From Saccharofermentans sp. (GTDB taxonomy: Bacteria; Bacillota; Clostridia; Saccharofermentanales; Saccharofermentanaceae): a DNA stretch of 64,000 bases. The position numbers and the translations under genes are program-made. A model generated the notes under the pieces. That model searched no databases and was not told where the DNA came from. It saw nothing but the letters and a program-made list of their open reading frames with translations. The stretch's first letter is position 1. Each line of letters opens with the position of its first letter. Below, piece after piece: positions 10,042 to 20,505 of the stretch. The stretch covers positions 81,691-145,690 of the forward strand of contig JAEFAV010000005.1 in assembly GCA_016288885.1 (NCBI GenBank), written 5' to 3'.

Positions 10042-11133
10042 ATGAAGCTTGGTATCGTAGGACTTCCAAATGTCGGCAAGAGCACTCTTTTTAACGCAAT
10101 AACCAGAGCAGGCGCAGAATCCGCCAATTACCCTTTCTGCACGATCGAACCTAACGTAGGCGTCGTTTCCGTTCCTGACAAGAGACTCGATAAACTTGCC
10201 GAGATCTACAATCCTGAGAAATACACTCCCGCAGTAGTCGAATTCGTTGATATCGCAGGCCTCGTTGCCGGCGCGTCAAAGGGCGAAGGCTTGGGCAACA
10301 AGTTCCTCTCCAACATCAGAGAGTGTGATGCCATCGTTCATGTTGTAAGATGCTTCGATGATCCTGACGTCATCCACGTTAATGGTCATGCCGATCCTGC
10401 AGGAGATATCGCCACGATCGATGTGGAGCTTATCCTCTCTGACCTGGAGATCATGGAAAAGCGCATCGACAGGACCAAAAAGATGATGAAAGGCGGCGAC
10501 AAGGCTTTTATCAAAGAACTCGCCGTTTATGAGAAGATCTATGACTGCCTTGCTGAAGGCAAGTCAGCAAGAACGCTTACTTTCGAAGAAGACGAACAGG
10601 AGTTCACAAAAGATCTCCAGCTGATCTCTATGAAGCCGGTTCTCTACTGTGCCAACATCGCAGAAGAAGACATTAAGAAGGATGACATCCCTTACGTCAA
10701 TACAGTTAAAGAGATCGCTGAAAAAGAAGGTTCGGGAGTCGTAGTCATCTCTGCAAAGATCGAAGAAGAATTAGGAGAGCTTTCTCCCGAGGACCGCGAG
10801 ATGTTTCTGGAAGATCTGGGCATCGAGAGCGCAGGTCTTGATAAAATGATCAATGCTTCCTATACCCTTCTCGGCCTCATCTCTTTCCTTACTGCTGGTC
10901 CCAAGGAAGTCCGTGCATGGACGATCAAGAAAGGCACAAAAGCCCCTCAGGCTGCAGGAAAGATCCATTCTGATTTTGAAAGAGGATTCATCAGAGCTGA
11001 AGTTGTTTCTTATGATGACCTCATCGCCAACGGTACGTATAACGCCGCGAAGGAAAAAGGTCTTGTAAGATCCGAAGGTAAGGAATACGTTATGAAAGAC
11101 GGCGACGTTGTCGTATTCAGATTCAACGTCTGA
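10042..11133 (+). CDS. ychF: Ribosome-binding ATPase YchF
   Basis: [41 protein letters not shown]-terminal TGS domain. Confidence 0.98.
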   Translation: MKLGIVGLPNVGKSTLFNAITRAGAESANYPFCTIEPNVGVVSVPDKRLDKLAEIYNPEKYTPAVVEFVDIAGLVAGASKGEGLGNKFLSNIRECDAIVHVVRCFDDPDVIHVNGHADPAGDIATIDVELILSDLEIMEKRIDRTKKMMKGGDKAFIKELAVYEKIYDCLAEGKSARTLTFEEDEQEFTKDLQLISMKPVLYCANIAEEDIKKDDIPYVNTVKEIAEKEGSGVVVISAKIEEELGELSPEDREMFLEDLGIESAGLDKMINASYTLLGLISFLTAGPKEVRAWTIKKGTKAPQAAGKIHSDFERGFIRAEVVSYDDLIANGTYNAAKEKGLVRSEGKEYVMKDGDVVVFRFNV

Positions 11134-11157
11134 TATTTTTCGATTACCGTAAAAGTT

Positions 11158-11190
11158 AAACCCGTGAAGGAATCATCCTTTGCGGGTTTT
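11158..11190. terminator. Probable bidirectional intrinsic terminator
   Basis: AAACCCGTGAAGGA-ATCA-TCCTTTGCGGGTTT hairpin with A/T tails at convergent gene ends. Confidence 0.7.
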
Positions 11191-11745
11191 ATTTTCCGTT
11201 CTTTTGATAAATCCGAGAAAACAGGACTCAAGTCCGCTGATGATAAATGCGAATCCGGAAAATACGATAATGTTTCTTGTTCCGTTGAAAGGATTTGCCA
11301 GAAGAGCAATACCTCCAAAGATCAAGGCTATAGCCAAAAAGATCAGCAATAAGCTGTATATGTCTTTCTTCCTGAACAAAAAGAGCTCCTGCCTTAATTT
11401 AACAATACCGTCAACAAGGAAGAAGATTCCTACGATAGTCGACAAAAGCTGTAATACAATATCAGGCTTCAGTAAGATAAAAAGTCCGATTGCCATGATT
11501 ATTATCGAATATACAAGAACGATCTCAGCTCCGGCAGCTTTACCGTAATTTTCTTCCCTGAACTGTTTGATCGAAATGATATAGCCTATTACTTCCGACA
11601 GACCGGCAACAAAAAGAACCACCCCGAATAAGATACCGATAACACCGGATGAGATCTCAGGAAACAGGACAAAGAACAAACCGGTAATTATCGCAAAGAT
11701 ACCGCCGATATATGAAGGCAATCTTCTTGTATAAATACTATTCAT
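11173..11745 (-). CDS. HdeD/DUF308 family membrane protein
   Basis: Six TM helices in a duplicated GxxxxxxP pattern. Confidence 0.75.
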   Translation of the reverse strand: MNSIYTRRLPSYIGGIFAIITGLFFVLFPEISSGVIGILFGVVLFVAGLSEVIGYIISIKQFREENYGKAAGAEIVLVYSIIIMAIGLFILLKPDIVLQLLSTIVGIFFLVDGIVKLRQELFLFRKKDIYSLLLIFLAIALIFGGIALLANPFNGTRNIIVFSGFAFIISGLESCFLGFIKRTENKTRKG

Positions 11746-12423
11746 TTAAGTCACCTCAAAGTTCTTGTATCCCGGTTTGATCAAAGCGAAAACATAATCC
11801 TTTCCCCTCGCAATGAATTCCCTCTGGTAATTGTAATTTCTTATAACATAGCCGGAATTGATCGCTTCAACACCTACTGATTCTATACCTAACATATGAC
11901 TGTCGTAAACTGATCTGGCACAATGAAAGCCCGTAGTAACGACAACTGCCGTCTCCACATTAAAGACCTTGACTGCCCTAAGCATAGTCTCATATGTGGA
12001 AAGACCCAATGGATCACATACGATACGATCAGGATCGATACCCTCATCTATCAGGAAATCTCTCATAACGCCGGTCTCATCATATTTTTCAGGATGTTCA
12101 CTGTCACCGCTGACCAATACATAATCAGCGCATCCGGTCTTATATACCGAAGCCGCAGTCCTTAATCTGTCAGCCAGCATAGGGCTTGCGGCATTATCCC
12201 ATACCGCACAGCCTAATACGATAACGGCATCATAATGTGAATCTGATGAGACTTCGCCGGAAACAAAACCATCAAGCGAATATATATATGCATCAGTTTT
12301 ATTCTGAACATAAAGATTTAATATCTGAAGGATCAGATAACCGAGAAAGACCATTAATGAAAAAATCAGGAAGATCTTAAAAAGTATTCTTGAGTTTTTT
12401 ATTTTTTTACTCAGGATCTTCAT
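11746..12423 (-). CDS. SanA/ElyC/YdcF (DUF218) family protein
   Basis: N-terminal TM, VIVLG, SGD, STYE, FHCARS and QRE motifs. Confidence 0.85.
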   Translation of the reverse strand: MKILSKKIKNSRILFKIFLIFSLMVFLGYLILQILNLYVQNKTDAYIYSLDGFVSGEVSSDSHYDAVIVLGCAVWDNAASPMLADRLRTAASVYKTGCADYVLVSGDSEHPEKYDETGVMRDFLIDEGIDPDRIVCDPLGLSTYETMLRAVKVFNVETAVVVTTGFHCARSVYDSHMLGIESVGVEAINSGYVIRNYNYQREFIARGKDYVFALIKPGYKNFEVT

Positions 12424-12742
12424 TCTTCGGTTCAGCCTTGCCGGCCTGGTTTGATGCTTCGATGATCTTTTTTGTCATGAAAAAGATCAATCCGGCGGTA
12501 AAAATAAATACACAAAGAACAGTCACGTCAGATATAACGACAAAAGCTACGGGAAGGCCTTTAAGGATAAGCGTAAACAATAAAACAAGCAGCGCACCTG
12601 AAACGTAAACTCCGCAGCACGCACGATAAAACCCCTTATACTTACCATTCGCAAATTCACTTTTACCGATAAACAGATATATCAATACTGCTATTGATAA
12701 AACAGAAAACACCGATGCAGTAATGACTGATGCGGTATTCAT
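12407..12742 (-). CDS. Small 3-TM hypothetical membrane protein
   Basis: Overlaps both neighbours in an operon; three hydrophobic segments. Confidence 0.7.
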   Translation of the reverse strand: MNTASVITASVFSVLSIAVLIYLFIGKSEFANGKYKGFYRACCGVYVSGALLVLLFTLILKGLPVAFVVISDVTVLCVFIFTAGLIFFMTKKIIEASNQAGKAEPKNEDPE

Positions 12743-13344
12743 ATCCTGATACCTCTCTCGTGAAGTTGTTCCCTAATAAGGACTTCGACCTTATCCTTAA
12801 GATCTTCAATGTCCCAAGAATTATCTATCGAATGATCACCCAATTCGCAATACTCATCATCAGTCATCTGTACAGCGATTCTTCTTTCGGCTTCATCCTT
12901 ATCCATTCCTCGTTTCTGGAGTCTTGCAAGACGCACGTCCTTATCACATGTTACGACCCATATCTGATCGCAGAGTTCACGGAACTTGTTTACCGGGATC
13001 GGAACATCAAGAACGACGCATCTTGAACCCTTCTCTTTTTCTTTTGCAAGGGCTTCGTCTATCTGTTCGAAAACATGTCTGTGAATGATAGTGCTTAATT
13101 CATCAAGCTTTTTCTTGTCACCGAAAGCTATGTCAGACATTACGCGCCTGTTAAGAGCGCCATTGCTTGTAACCACTTTATTCCCGAATACAGAAGCAAT
13201 CTCGGGCATGGCCCTTCCGCCGGGGCCCGTAACTGATCTTGAAATCTCATCAGCATCAAGAACCATAAGACCTTTGTCTGCAAGTATACCGCTTACGGTA
13301 CTCTTGCCGCTTCCTATTCCGCCTGTTATTCCCAATACAAACAT
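12739..13344 (-). CDS. coaE: Dephospho-CoA kinase
   Basis: GITGGIGSGKST, DAD; follows polA. Confidence 0.96.
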   Translation of the reverse strand: MFVLGITGGIGSGKSTVSGILADKGLMVLDADEISRSVTGPGGRAMPEIASVFGNKVVTSNGALNRRVMSDIAFGDKKKLDELSTIIHRHVFEQIDEALAKEKEKGSRCVVLDVPIPVNKFRELCDQIWVVTCDKDVRLARLQKRGMDKDEAERRIAVQMTDDEYCELGDHSIDNSWDIEDLKDKVEVLIREQLHERGIRI

Positions 13345-16040
13345 TATTTAGCTTCCAGCCAGTCCTTTCCGAATCCGACCTCTGCAAGAAGAGGTACGCT
13401 TAATTTCGCAGCTGCTTCCATCTCAGTTTTGAGGATAGAAGCGCAGAGGTCCTTGTCGTTCGTGTCGCATTCGCAGATAAGCTCATCATGCACCTGCATT
13501 ACAAGCTTAGCTGAAGGCAGTTGTTCCTCCAAAGCCTTGCATACACGGTTCATTGCGATCTTAATGATGTCAGCCGCAGTTCCCTGAATCGGAGTGTTCA
13601 TTGCTACCCTGTAACCGAAATTTTTAATGTTCCGGTTCTGGCTCTTAAGTTCGTTAAGAATACGCTTCCTGCCGTACATCGTAACAGCATAGCCCTTTTC
13701 TTCTCCGGACTTCCTTAAGCTTTCCAGATATGATGTTACACCCGGGAACTGGTTGCCGTATTCCTTAATAAGTTCAGCGGCTTCTTTGTAACCAATGCCA
13801 AGATCCTGGGCAAGACCGTAATCCGATATTCCGTATATGATGCTGAAGTTTACAGTTTTCGCGGTGGCACGCATCTTATGAGTTACCATTTCCTCAGATA
13901 CGCCGAAAACTTTTGCGGCAGTTCTCTTATGAATGTCTTCACCATCAAGGAAGGCAGAACACATCACTTCATCACCGCTCAAAGCAGCAAGCAGCCTTAA
14001 TTCGATCTGTGAGTAGTCTGCATCAACAAGGATCTTACCTTCTTCAGCCGTAAATGCCTCGCGGAGACGCGATCCTTCATCAGTCCTGACCGGAATATTC
14101 TGGAGATTAGGCTCAGTAGATGAGAGCCTTCCCGTATTTGTCATGGCCTGTGTAAATGTCGTATGAATGCGTGAATCACTTCCGATAGCACGGGCCAGTC
14201 CCACTGCATATGTAGAATCAAGCTTAGATAACTCACGGTATTTGATTATGTGATCGATCGCAGGAGACATATGTCTTAACCTGTTAAGTTCATCAATACC
14301 TGTGGAGAATTCTCCGCTCTTTCCCTTCTTGCCTGAAGGGAGCCCCAAATACTTCTCGCCATATAATACTTCGGCAAGCTGCTTGGTCGATAAGATATTA
14401 AATTCTTTTCCGCAGATGTCAAATACCCTGGCGCTTATGTCTTCAAGACGCTTTGTATATTCGCTGTGAAGCTCAGCAAGTTTTTCACCCGAAACATGCA
14501 TTCCGTTACGCTCGATCTTATCAAGCGTTATTACGAGCGGAAATTCGATCTCATATAAGAGCTTCTTAAGATCATCATCTTTCCCGATATCTCTCGAAAT
14601 GACTTTGCCGATTGCCATTACTGTCAAAAGCTTTTCTGCGCATTCTGTTACTTTAGCAGAACCGTCGTCTTCAACAGGCGCATCAAAAATGGAAAGCTGC
14701 TGATACTCAGCCTTTTTCTCTTCAACCGGATAAGCTGATTTAACGATGCTCTCATACAGCCTCTGAAGATCAGGCTTTCCCGAAAGAATATTCAATACAT
14801 ATCCTGCAATCTCACAATCGAATACAGAACTGATTCCTTTAAGCTGCGCTTTAATGAATTTCGATCTGTCTTTATACCCATATGCGATGGGAAATACATT
14901 CTTGCCGGAAGCAAGAGAATTAAACTCTTCAGGACTGATTACACAAACAGTTTTACTTTTCCAATCGAGCAAAACAACTTTGTTGCCGGAAGGAATATCA
15001 ATAAAATCGATTCCGCAGTTAAGGTCCTCAAAATCAAATGAATCAGGAACCTCATACTTAACATCGATACCTTTCTTAAGAGTCTCCTGAACCTCAGAAG
15101 ATATAGAGCTGATGAAATCATCAACTTCTTCAGAAGGCTCAAATCCTGAAGGCTTAACATTCTCGAGATCGAGCTTTTTAAGAAGCGATCTTAATGCCAG
15201 ACGGTTAAGCGCACCCGACATGGCTGGCAGGTCTCTGGTATCAGAAGGATAAACGGCATCAGCAGCGCTGAATTCAACAGGACTTTCTCTGTCTATAGTA
15301 CAGAGCTTGATATTGAGATCAAGAAGCTCGCGCGAAGCCTTAATGCGCTCGCTTAAAGCAGGAGAAAGCTTATCTGCATTCTCATATACGCCGTCGCATG
15401 AACCGTAGTCTGCAATTAGTTTAAATGCAGTCTTCTCGCCAACCTTTTCAACGCCTTTGATGTTATCGGAATTATCACCCATAAGAGCCTTGACCTGAAC
15501 GAATACTTCAGGCTTTACTCCGTAGGTCTCTTCGAACATCTTTCGGTCAAAGAGGACTCTTGGTTCCTTGCCTTTTCCGGACTGCGGCATGATGACCGAT
15601 ACCTTATCAGAGATGAGCTGGAAATCATCGTGATCTCCGCTGAAGATATAAACGTCCATTCCCTGCTCTTCGCCCTGTTTAGAAAGTGTTCCGATAAGAT
15701 CATCAGCTTCATAGCCTGCAAGTTCCATACGCCTGATTCCGTAAAGATCCAGAAGGTTCTTAACAACGGGCATCTGTGCAGCCATGTCATCAGGCATACC
15801 TTTGCGGTTGGCTTTGTATTCGGAACTCATCTTATGTCTGAAAGTAGGCTCTCTCCTGTCGAAAAGAACGCACATGTGATCGGGCTCATATTCTTTCATG
15901 ACACCCAGAACGGAATTAAAGAAACCGTTTACGGCACCCGTGGGAGTGCCGTCAGGTGCTGTCATCGGAGCTCTGCCTATAACGGCATAGTATGCTCTGT
16001 TGATTATTGAATTTCCGTCAACCAGTAGAAGTTTACTCAT
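13344..16040 (-). CDS. polA: DNA polymerase I (5'-3' exonuclease plus polymerase; 3'-5' exonuclease degenerate)
   Basis: LLVDGNS, YEADD, TGRLSS, DYSQIELR, AKTVNFSIIYG, QVHDEL. Confidence 0.97.
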   Translation of the reverse strand: MSKLLLVDGNSIINRAYYAVIGRAPMTAPDGTPTGAVNGFFNSVLGVMKEYEPDHMCVLFDRREPTFRHKMSSEYKANRKGMPDDMAAQMPVVKNLLDLYGIRRMELAGYEADDLIGTLSKQGEEQGMDVYIFSGDHDDFQLISDKVSVIMPQSGKGKEPRVLFDRKMFEETYGVKPEVFVQVKALMGDNSDNIKGVEKVGEKTAFKLIADYGSCDGVYENADKLSPALSERIKASRELLDLNIKLCTIDRESPVEFSAADAVYPSDTRDLPAMSGALNRLALRSLLKKLDLENVKPSGFEPSEEVDDFISSISSEVQETLKKGIDVKYEVPDSFDFEDLNCGIDFIDIPSGNKVVLLDWKSKTVCVISPEEFNSLASGKNVFPIAYGYKDRSKFIKAQLKGISSVFDCEIAGYVLNILSGKPDLQRLYESIVKSAYPVEEKKAEYQQLSIFDAPVEDDGSAKVTECAEKLLTVMAIGKVISRDIGKDDDLKKLLYEIEFPLVITLDKIERNGMHVSGEKLAELHSEYTKRLEDISARVFDICGKEFNILSTKQLAEVLYGEKYLGLPSGKKGKSGEFSTGIDELNRLRHMSPAIDHIIKYRELSKLDSTYAVGLARAIGSDSRIHTTFTQAMTNTGRLSSTEPNLQNIPVRTDEGSRLREAFTAEEGKILVDADYSQIELRLLAALSGDEVMCSAFLDGEDIHKRTAAKVFGVSEEMVTHKMRATAKTVNFSIIYGISDYGLAQDLGIGYKEAAELIKEYGNQFPGVTSYLESLRKSGEEKGYAVTMYGRKRILNELKSQNRNIKNFGYRVAMNTPIQGTAADIIKIAMNRVCKALEEQLPSAKLVMQVHDELICECDTNDKDLCASILKTEMEAAAKLSVPLLAEVGFGKDWLEAK

Positions 16041-19000
16041 CAGGTCTTTCCTGCTGCTTTCTTTTCTTCTTCGATCTCCTGATCCCTTACTGCACGGGCT
16101 GTGCTGATCATGAGCTTGATCCTGTTAAGCTGGTTAGCTTCGGAAGCGCCCGGATCGTAATCGATGGGAACGATGTTCGAAGTAGGATACTGTCTTCTTA
16201 GTTCTTTGATCATGCCCTTTCCCGTTACGTGGTTAGGCAGACAAGCAAACGGCTGAGCGCAGATGATATTCGGCACGCCGTCCTGAATAAGTTCGATCAT
16301 CTCAGCTGTCAGGAACCATCCCTCACCGCAGGAGTTGCCGCAGCTAAGTACAGTTGATGACTTCTCTGCGAGTTCCTGGATCCTCTCAGTCATCATGAAC
16401 TTGCCGTTGGTTTTAGCAAATTCCTTGTTGATCGGTTTTCTTAATGATTCCAGGAATCTGATCGCTGTCTTCATGATATAACCGGTCTTCTTGCTCTTTC
16501 CGAGATTCTGAGCCTGCCAGACGGGGTTATATGCACAGTAAAGGAAGAAATCAAGAACGCCCGGCAATACTGCCTCACATCCTTCTGCTTCGATTACGTC
16601 GATCGCATTATTGTTAGCGTCAGGCTGGAACTTAACAAGGATCTCACCTACGAGTCCCACCCTCGGTTTTCTGGGAATGTCAGCAAGCGGCAGCGCATCA
16701 AATTTGGATACTGCGAACTTAACAAACTCCTTGTATTTAGTGATGACAGGAGGATTGTCAAAATCAACGCCGATCTGTGCGAGACAGTCTCTTATCGCTT
16801 TTTTCTCTTCAATGGACTTGGAGAAATAACTGTTAGGCATCATGACGTCATAGCCTTCAGTAATCTCGTGATTTAACAGTTTGGGATTGAAGAGCTTTCT
16901 TCCGATCCTGTTAATGTAAGAATAGAGCGCATTTGCAGAACCCGGAACCTTCTCATACGGCCTAACTCTTAGGAGAAGTGTCGATACCATGTCGCCTGCG
17001 CACAATGCCTTGATCGCATCAAGAAGGAATGAGACCGTATATTCGAAACCTTCATTCTTTTCGAATCGCTGTGCAGAGATAGTAATGACAGGAATCTGCG
17101 GATAGCCTGCTTCCTTAAGTGCCTTTCTTAAGAAAGCAACATAGTTTGTGGCACGGCATCCGCCGCCGGTCTGCGTGATCGCGAGCGTAGTGTTATCAGG
17201 ATCGATGTCTCCCTTTAGAATAGCATTGATCATCTGTCCGACAACGATAAGCGTCGGGAAACATGCATCGTTATTTACATACTTAAGACCGCATTCGATA
17301 TCTTCACGTGTTGCCTGCTTTAAGAGCTTAAGCTTATATCCGTGCTTATGGAAAACGGACTCAACAAACTCAAACTGAATCGGAGCCATCTGCGGAGCAA
17401 GAATAGTGTGATTCTTTTTATGTTCCTTTGTAAATTCGACTCTCTTTACAATGTAAGGCGCATCATCAGAATCAGAAACAACAGTTTTCGAGATCTGTCC
17501 GTTCTCTTCAAGCTCTAATCTCTCGTTCATTGCTACAACAAGAGATCTCATTCTTATCCTTGCTGCGCCGAGGTTGCTTACTTCATCGATCTTAAGGAGT
17601 GTATAGAGCTTTCCGGATGATTCAAGTATCTCCTGAACCTGGTCGGATGTGACCGCATCAAGACCGCAACCGAAGCTCGTAAGCTGTACGAGCTCGAGAT
17701 CAGGTCTTGTTATGACGAATGCAGCTGCCTCATAAAGCCTAGTATGATACATCCACTGGTCAATGACTCTGATCGGACGCTTTAATACACCGGGCTTAGC
17801 AACTGCATCTTCAGTTAGGACTGCGAGTCCCAAGGAATTGATCATCTGCGGGATGCCGTGGTTGATCTCGGGATCACAGTGATAAGGTCTTCCAGCAAGA
17901 ACGATACCCTTAAGACCTTTTTCTTCCATCTCTTTTAAGATCTCTACGCCCTTGTTCCTGATATCTTCTTTGTACTTGAAATACTCTTCCGCACCTGCCT
18001 GGACAGCCTGCTTGGCCTCTTCTGCGGAGACTCCGAGATAATCGAAGCATTCGGTAAGATGCAGTGCAACGTTATCCAGATTGTCAAGCGGCATGAAAGG
18101 ATTTAAGTATCTGATGTTCTTTTCGAGCAGATTCTCAACATTGTTGCGGATAACTTCCGGATAAGAGCATACGATCGGACAGTTATAGTGGTTGTTGGAA
18201 TTATCATTCTCGATATTCTCATAAGGAACATCAGGATAGAAGATCGTAGTTATGCCGCGGTCAATAAGATTCTCGATGTGACCGTGCGCAAGTTTTGCAG
18301 GATAGCAGACTGACTCAGATGGAATAGTCTCCATACCGCCTTCGTAGATCTTATGAGAAGATCTTGCTGATACAAGCACCCTGAAACCGAGCTTGGTCAG
18401 GACGGTAAACCAGAAGGGATAGTTCTCATACTGGTTCAATACACGCGGGATTCCGATCTCTCCTCTCGGAGCATCCTCAAGCTTTAAAGGCTTATAGTAG
18501 CTGAATGTTCTGGAATATTTGTAATCGAAAAGGTTCGGAAGCTTTTTCTTGTCATTTACGGGTTCCCTGTCGAGAGCTAAATCCTCGCCTCTTTCACAAC
18601 GGTTACCGGAAACGAACTTAGTACCGTTCGAGAATGTGGCGATAGTAAGTCTGCAGTGATTCGTACAGCCCTGGCACTGGGTATTCTCTGTATCCATGCT
18701 GAAAGAATCGAGCTCAGCCTTGGCAAGAACGGCTGATCTTGAGCCTTCCTTGCATCTTCTCTGCGCGATCAGCGCAGCACCGAAAGCTCCCATAAGTCCT
18801 GCAACATTTGGTCTTATTACGTCTCTTCCGGACACAAGTTCGAAACATCTTAAGATGGCGTCATTAAGGAATGTACCGCCCTGAACGACGATGTTCTTTC
18901 CGAGCTGCTCAGTATCACGGATCTTGATAACTTTATAGAGTGCATTTCTTACTACGGAATATGAAAGGCCTGCGGAGATATCACCTACGGAAGCGCCTTC

Positions 19001-20488
19001 TTTCTGTGCCTGCTTAACCTTGGAATTCATGAATACGGTACAGCGCGTACCGAGATCTACAGGCTTTGTGGAAGATAATGCGGCTTCGGCAAATTCAGGA
19101 GTGGTAAGTCCCAAAGTCTGCGCAAATGTCTGGATGAAAGATCCGCATCCGGATGAACATGCCTCATTAAGCATTATCGAATCGATTACGCCGTTCCTTA
19201 TCTTCATACACTTCATATCCTGACCGCCGATGTCGATGATGAAATCAACATCAGGACAGAAAAACTTAGCAGACTGGAAATGAGCCATCGTCTCTATCTC
19301 GCCGATATCAATATTTAAAGCGGCTTTTATGATATTCTCACCGTAACCTGTTACGCAGGAATGAGCAAGATAGCAGTCTTCAGGCATCTTGGAATAGATG
19401 TCCTTCATGATGGTTACGGCGCTCATGACAGGATTTCCCTTATTGCTTGCGTAATATGTGTAAACAAGATCGCCTTTTTTATTGATAACTACAGCCTTGG
19501 TTGTCGTAGAACCTGCATCAACGCCAAGATAAAGCGCACCGTGCTGTTCCTTGATATCCAGTACCGGAATATGGTCTTTCTTATGACGCTCGTCAAAAGC
19601 AGCCTTATCTTCCTTATTCTTGAAGATGGGATCGATCCTGATGATGTCAGGTACAAAGCCTTCCCTGTTCTTAAGCTTAACAAGAAGATCCGAGAGATTT
19701 ACAGGATTCTTGCCGTCCGCAGACAAAGCTGCACCAAGGGCAACATAAATCTGCGCTTCCTCAGGCATCCAGAATGACTCAACTTTATCCTTCAATGTAC
19801 GCTCGAAAGCATTTCGAAGCTCGGAATTAAAGAATAAAGGACCGCCAAGGAAAGTAACATTGCCCTTGATAGGTCTTCCGCATGCAAGACCGGAGATCGT
19901 CTGGTTAACGACTGACTGATAGATCGAAGCAGCGAGGTCTTCTTTTGCGGCACCTTCATTGATAAGCGGCTGGAGGTCGCTCTTGGCAAAAACACCGCAA
20001 CGGCTTGCGATCGTATAAAGTGATCTGTAATCTTTCGCGAAATTATTAAGTCCGTCCGCATCTGTCTGTAGAAGAGATGCCATCTGGTCGATGAAAGAGC
20101 CCGTACCGCCAGCACAGGTTCCGTTCATTCTCTGCTCAAGCACCGGATGCATGTATGTGATCTTAGCGTCCTCGCCACCTAATTCGATGATGACGTCCGT
20201 CTCAGGATGATATGTCTTGATGGCCTGGGTCTCGGCCATAACTTCCTGCGTAAACTTAAAGCCCAGCCAATTGGCTACGGAAAGTCCGCCTGAACCCGTG
20301 ATAACGACATCAACATCGATACCCGGGAACTTATTGTTCAGATCCTCGAAAAGGTCATTCAGAAGACCCGATACGTCTGAATGATGCCTCTGATAATCAC
20401 TGTGAATGATCTTCTCGCCGTCGAGAAGAACTACTTTAATGGTTGTAGAACCGATATCAAGACCGAGCTTGTATACCTTTTCCATCAC
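16040..20488 (-). CDS. Fused 2-hydroxyacyl-CoA dehydratase activator-type protein (two BadF/BadG/BcrA/BcrD ATPase domains plus DUF2229 and a dehydratase-like C-terminus)
   Basis: GLDIGSTT / GVDAGSTT, CAGGTG / CSSGCG, CQGCTNHC, SVCYPAK, SFGCGLD, ACFP, QTGGGCRATNY, QPFACLPNH. Confidence 0.88.
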   Translation of the reverse strand: MMEKVYKLGLDIGSTTIKVVLLDGEKIIHSDYQRHHSDVSGLLNDLFEDLNNKFPGIDVDVVITGSGGLSVANWLGFKFTQEVMAETQAIKTYHPETDVIIELGGEDAKITYMHPVLEQRMNGTCAGGTGSFIDQMASLLQTDADGLNNFAKDYRSLYTIASRCGVFAKSDLQPLINEGAAKEDLAASIYQSVVNQTISGLACGRPIKGNVTFLGGPLFFNSELRNAFERTLKDKVESFWMPEEAQIYVALGAALSADGKNPVNLSDLLVKLKNREGFVPDIIRIDPIFKNKEDKAAFDERHKKDHIPVLDIKEQHGALYLGVDAGSTTTKAVVINKKGDLVYTYYASNKGNPVMSAVTIMKDIYSKMPEDCYLAHSCVTGYGENIIKAALNIDIGEIETMAHFQSAKFFCPDVDFIIDIGGQDMKCMKIRNGVIDSIMLNEACSSGCGSFIQTFAQTLGLTTPEFAEAALSSTKPVDLGTRCTVFMNSKVKQAQKEGASVGDISAGLSYSVVRNALYKVIKIRDTEQLGKNIVVQGGTFLNDAILRCFELVSGRDVIRPNVAGLMGAFGAALIAQRRCKEGSRSAVLAKAELDSFSMDTENTQCQGCTNHCRLTIATFSNGTKFVSGNRCERGEDLALDREPVNDKKKLPNLFDYKYSRTFSYYKPLKLEDAPRGEIGIPRVLNQYENYPFWFTVLTKLGFRVLVSARSSHKIYEGGMETIPSESVCYPAKLAHGHIENLIDRGITTIFYPDVPYENIENDNSNNHYNCPIVCSYPEVIRNNVENLLEKNIRYLNPFMPLDNLDNVALHLTECFDYLGVSAEEAKQAVQAGAEEYFKYKEDIRNKGVEILKEMEEKGLKGIVLAGRPYHCDPEINHGIPQMINSLGLAVLTEDAVAKPGVLKRPIRVIDQWMYHTRLYEAAAFVITRPDLELVQLTSFGCGLDAVTSDQVQEILESSGKLYTLLKIDEVSNLGAARIRMRSLVVAMNERLELEENGQISKTVVSDSDDAPYIVKRVEFTKEHKKNHTILAPQMAPIQFEFVESVFHKHGYKLKLLKQATREDIECGLKYVNNDACFPTLIVVGQMINAILKGDIDPDNTTLAITQTGGGCRATNYVAFLRKALKEAGYPQIPVITISAQRFEKNEGFEYTVSFLLDAIKALCAGDMVSTLLLRVRPYEKVPGSANALYSYINRIGRKLFNPKLLNHEITEGYDVMMPNSYFSKSIEEKKAIRDCLAQIGVDFDNPPVITKYKEFVKFAVSKFDALPLADIPRKPRVGLVGEILVKFQPDANNNAIDVIEAEGCEAVLPGVLDFFLYCAYNPVWQAQNLGKSKKTGYIMKTAIRFLESLRKPINKEFAKTNGKFMMTERIQELAEKSSTVLSCGNSCGEGWFLTAEMIELIQDGVPNIICAQPFACLPNHVTGKGMIKELRRQYPTSNIVPIDYDPGASEANQLNRIKLMISTARAVRDQEIEEEKKAAGKT

Positions 20489-20505
20489 TTGACCTCCAAG
20501 TCGAT

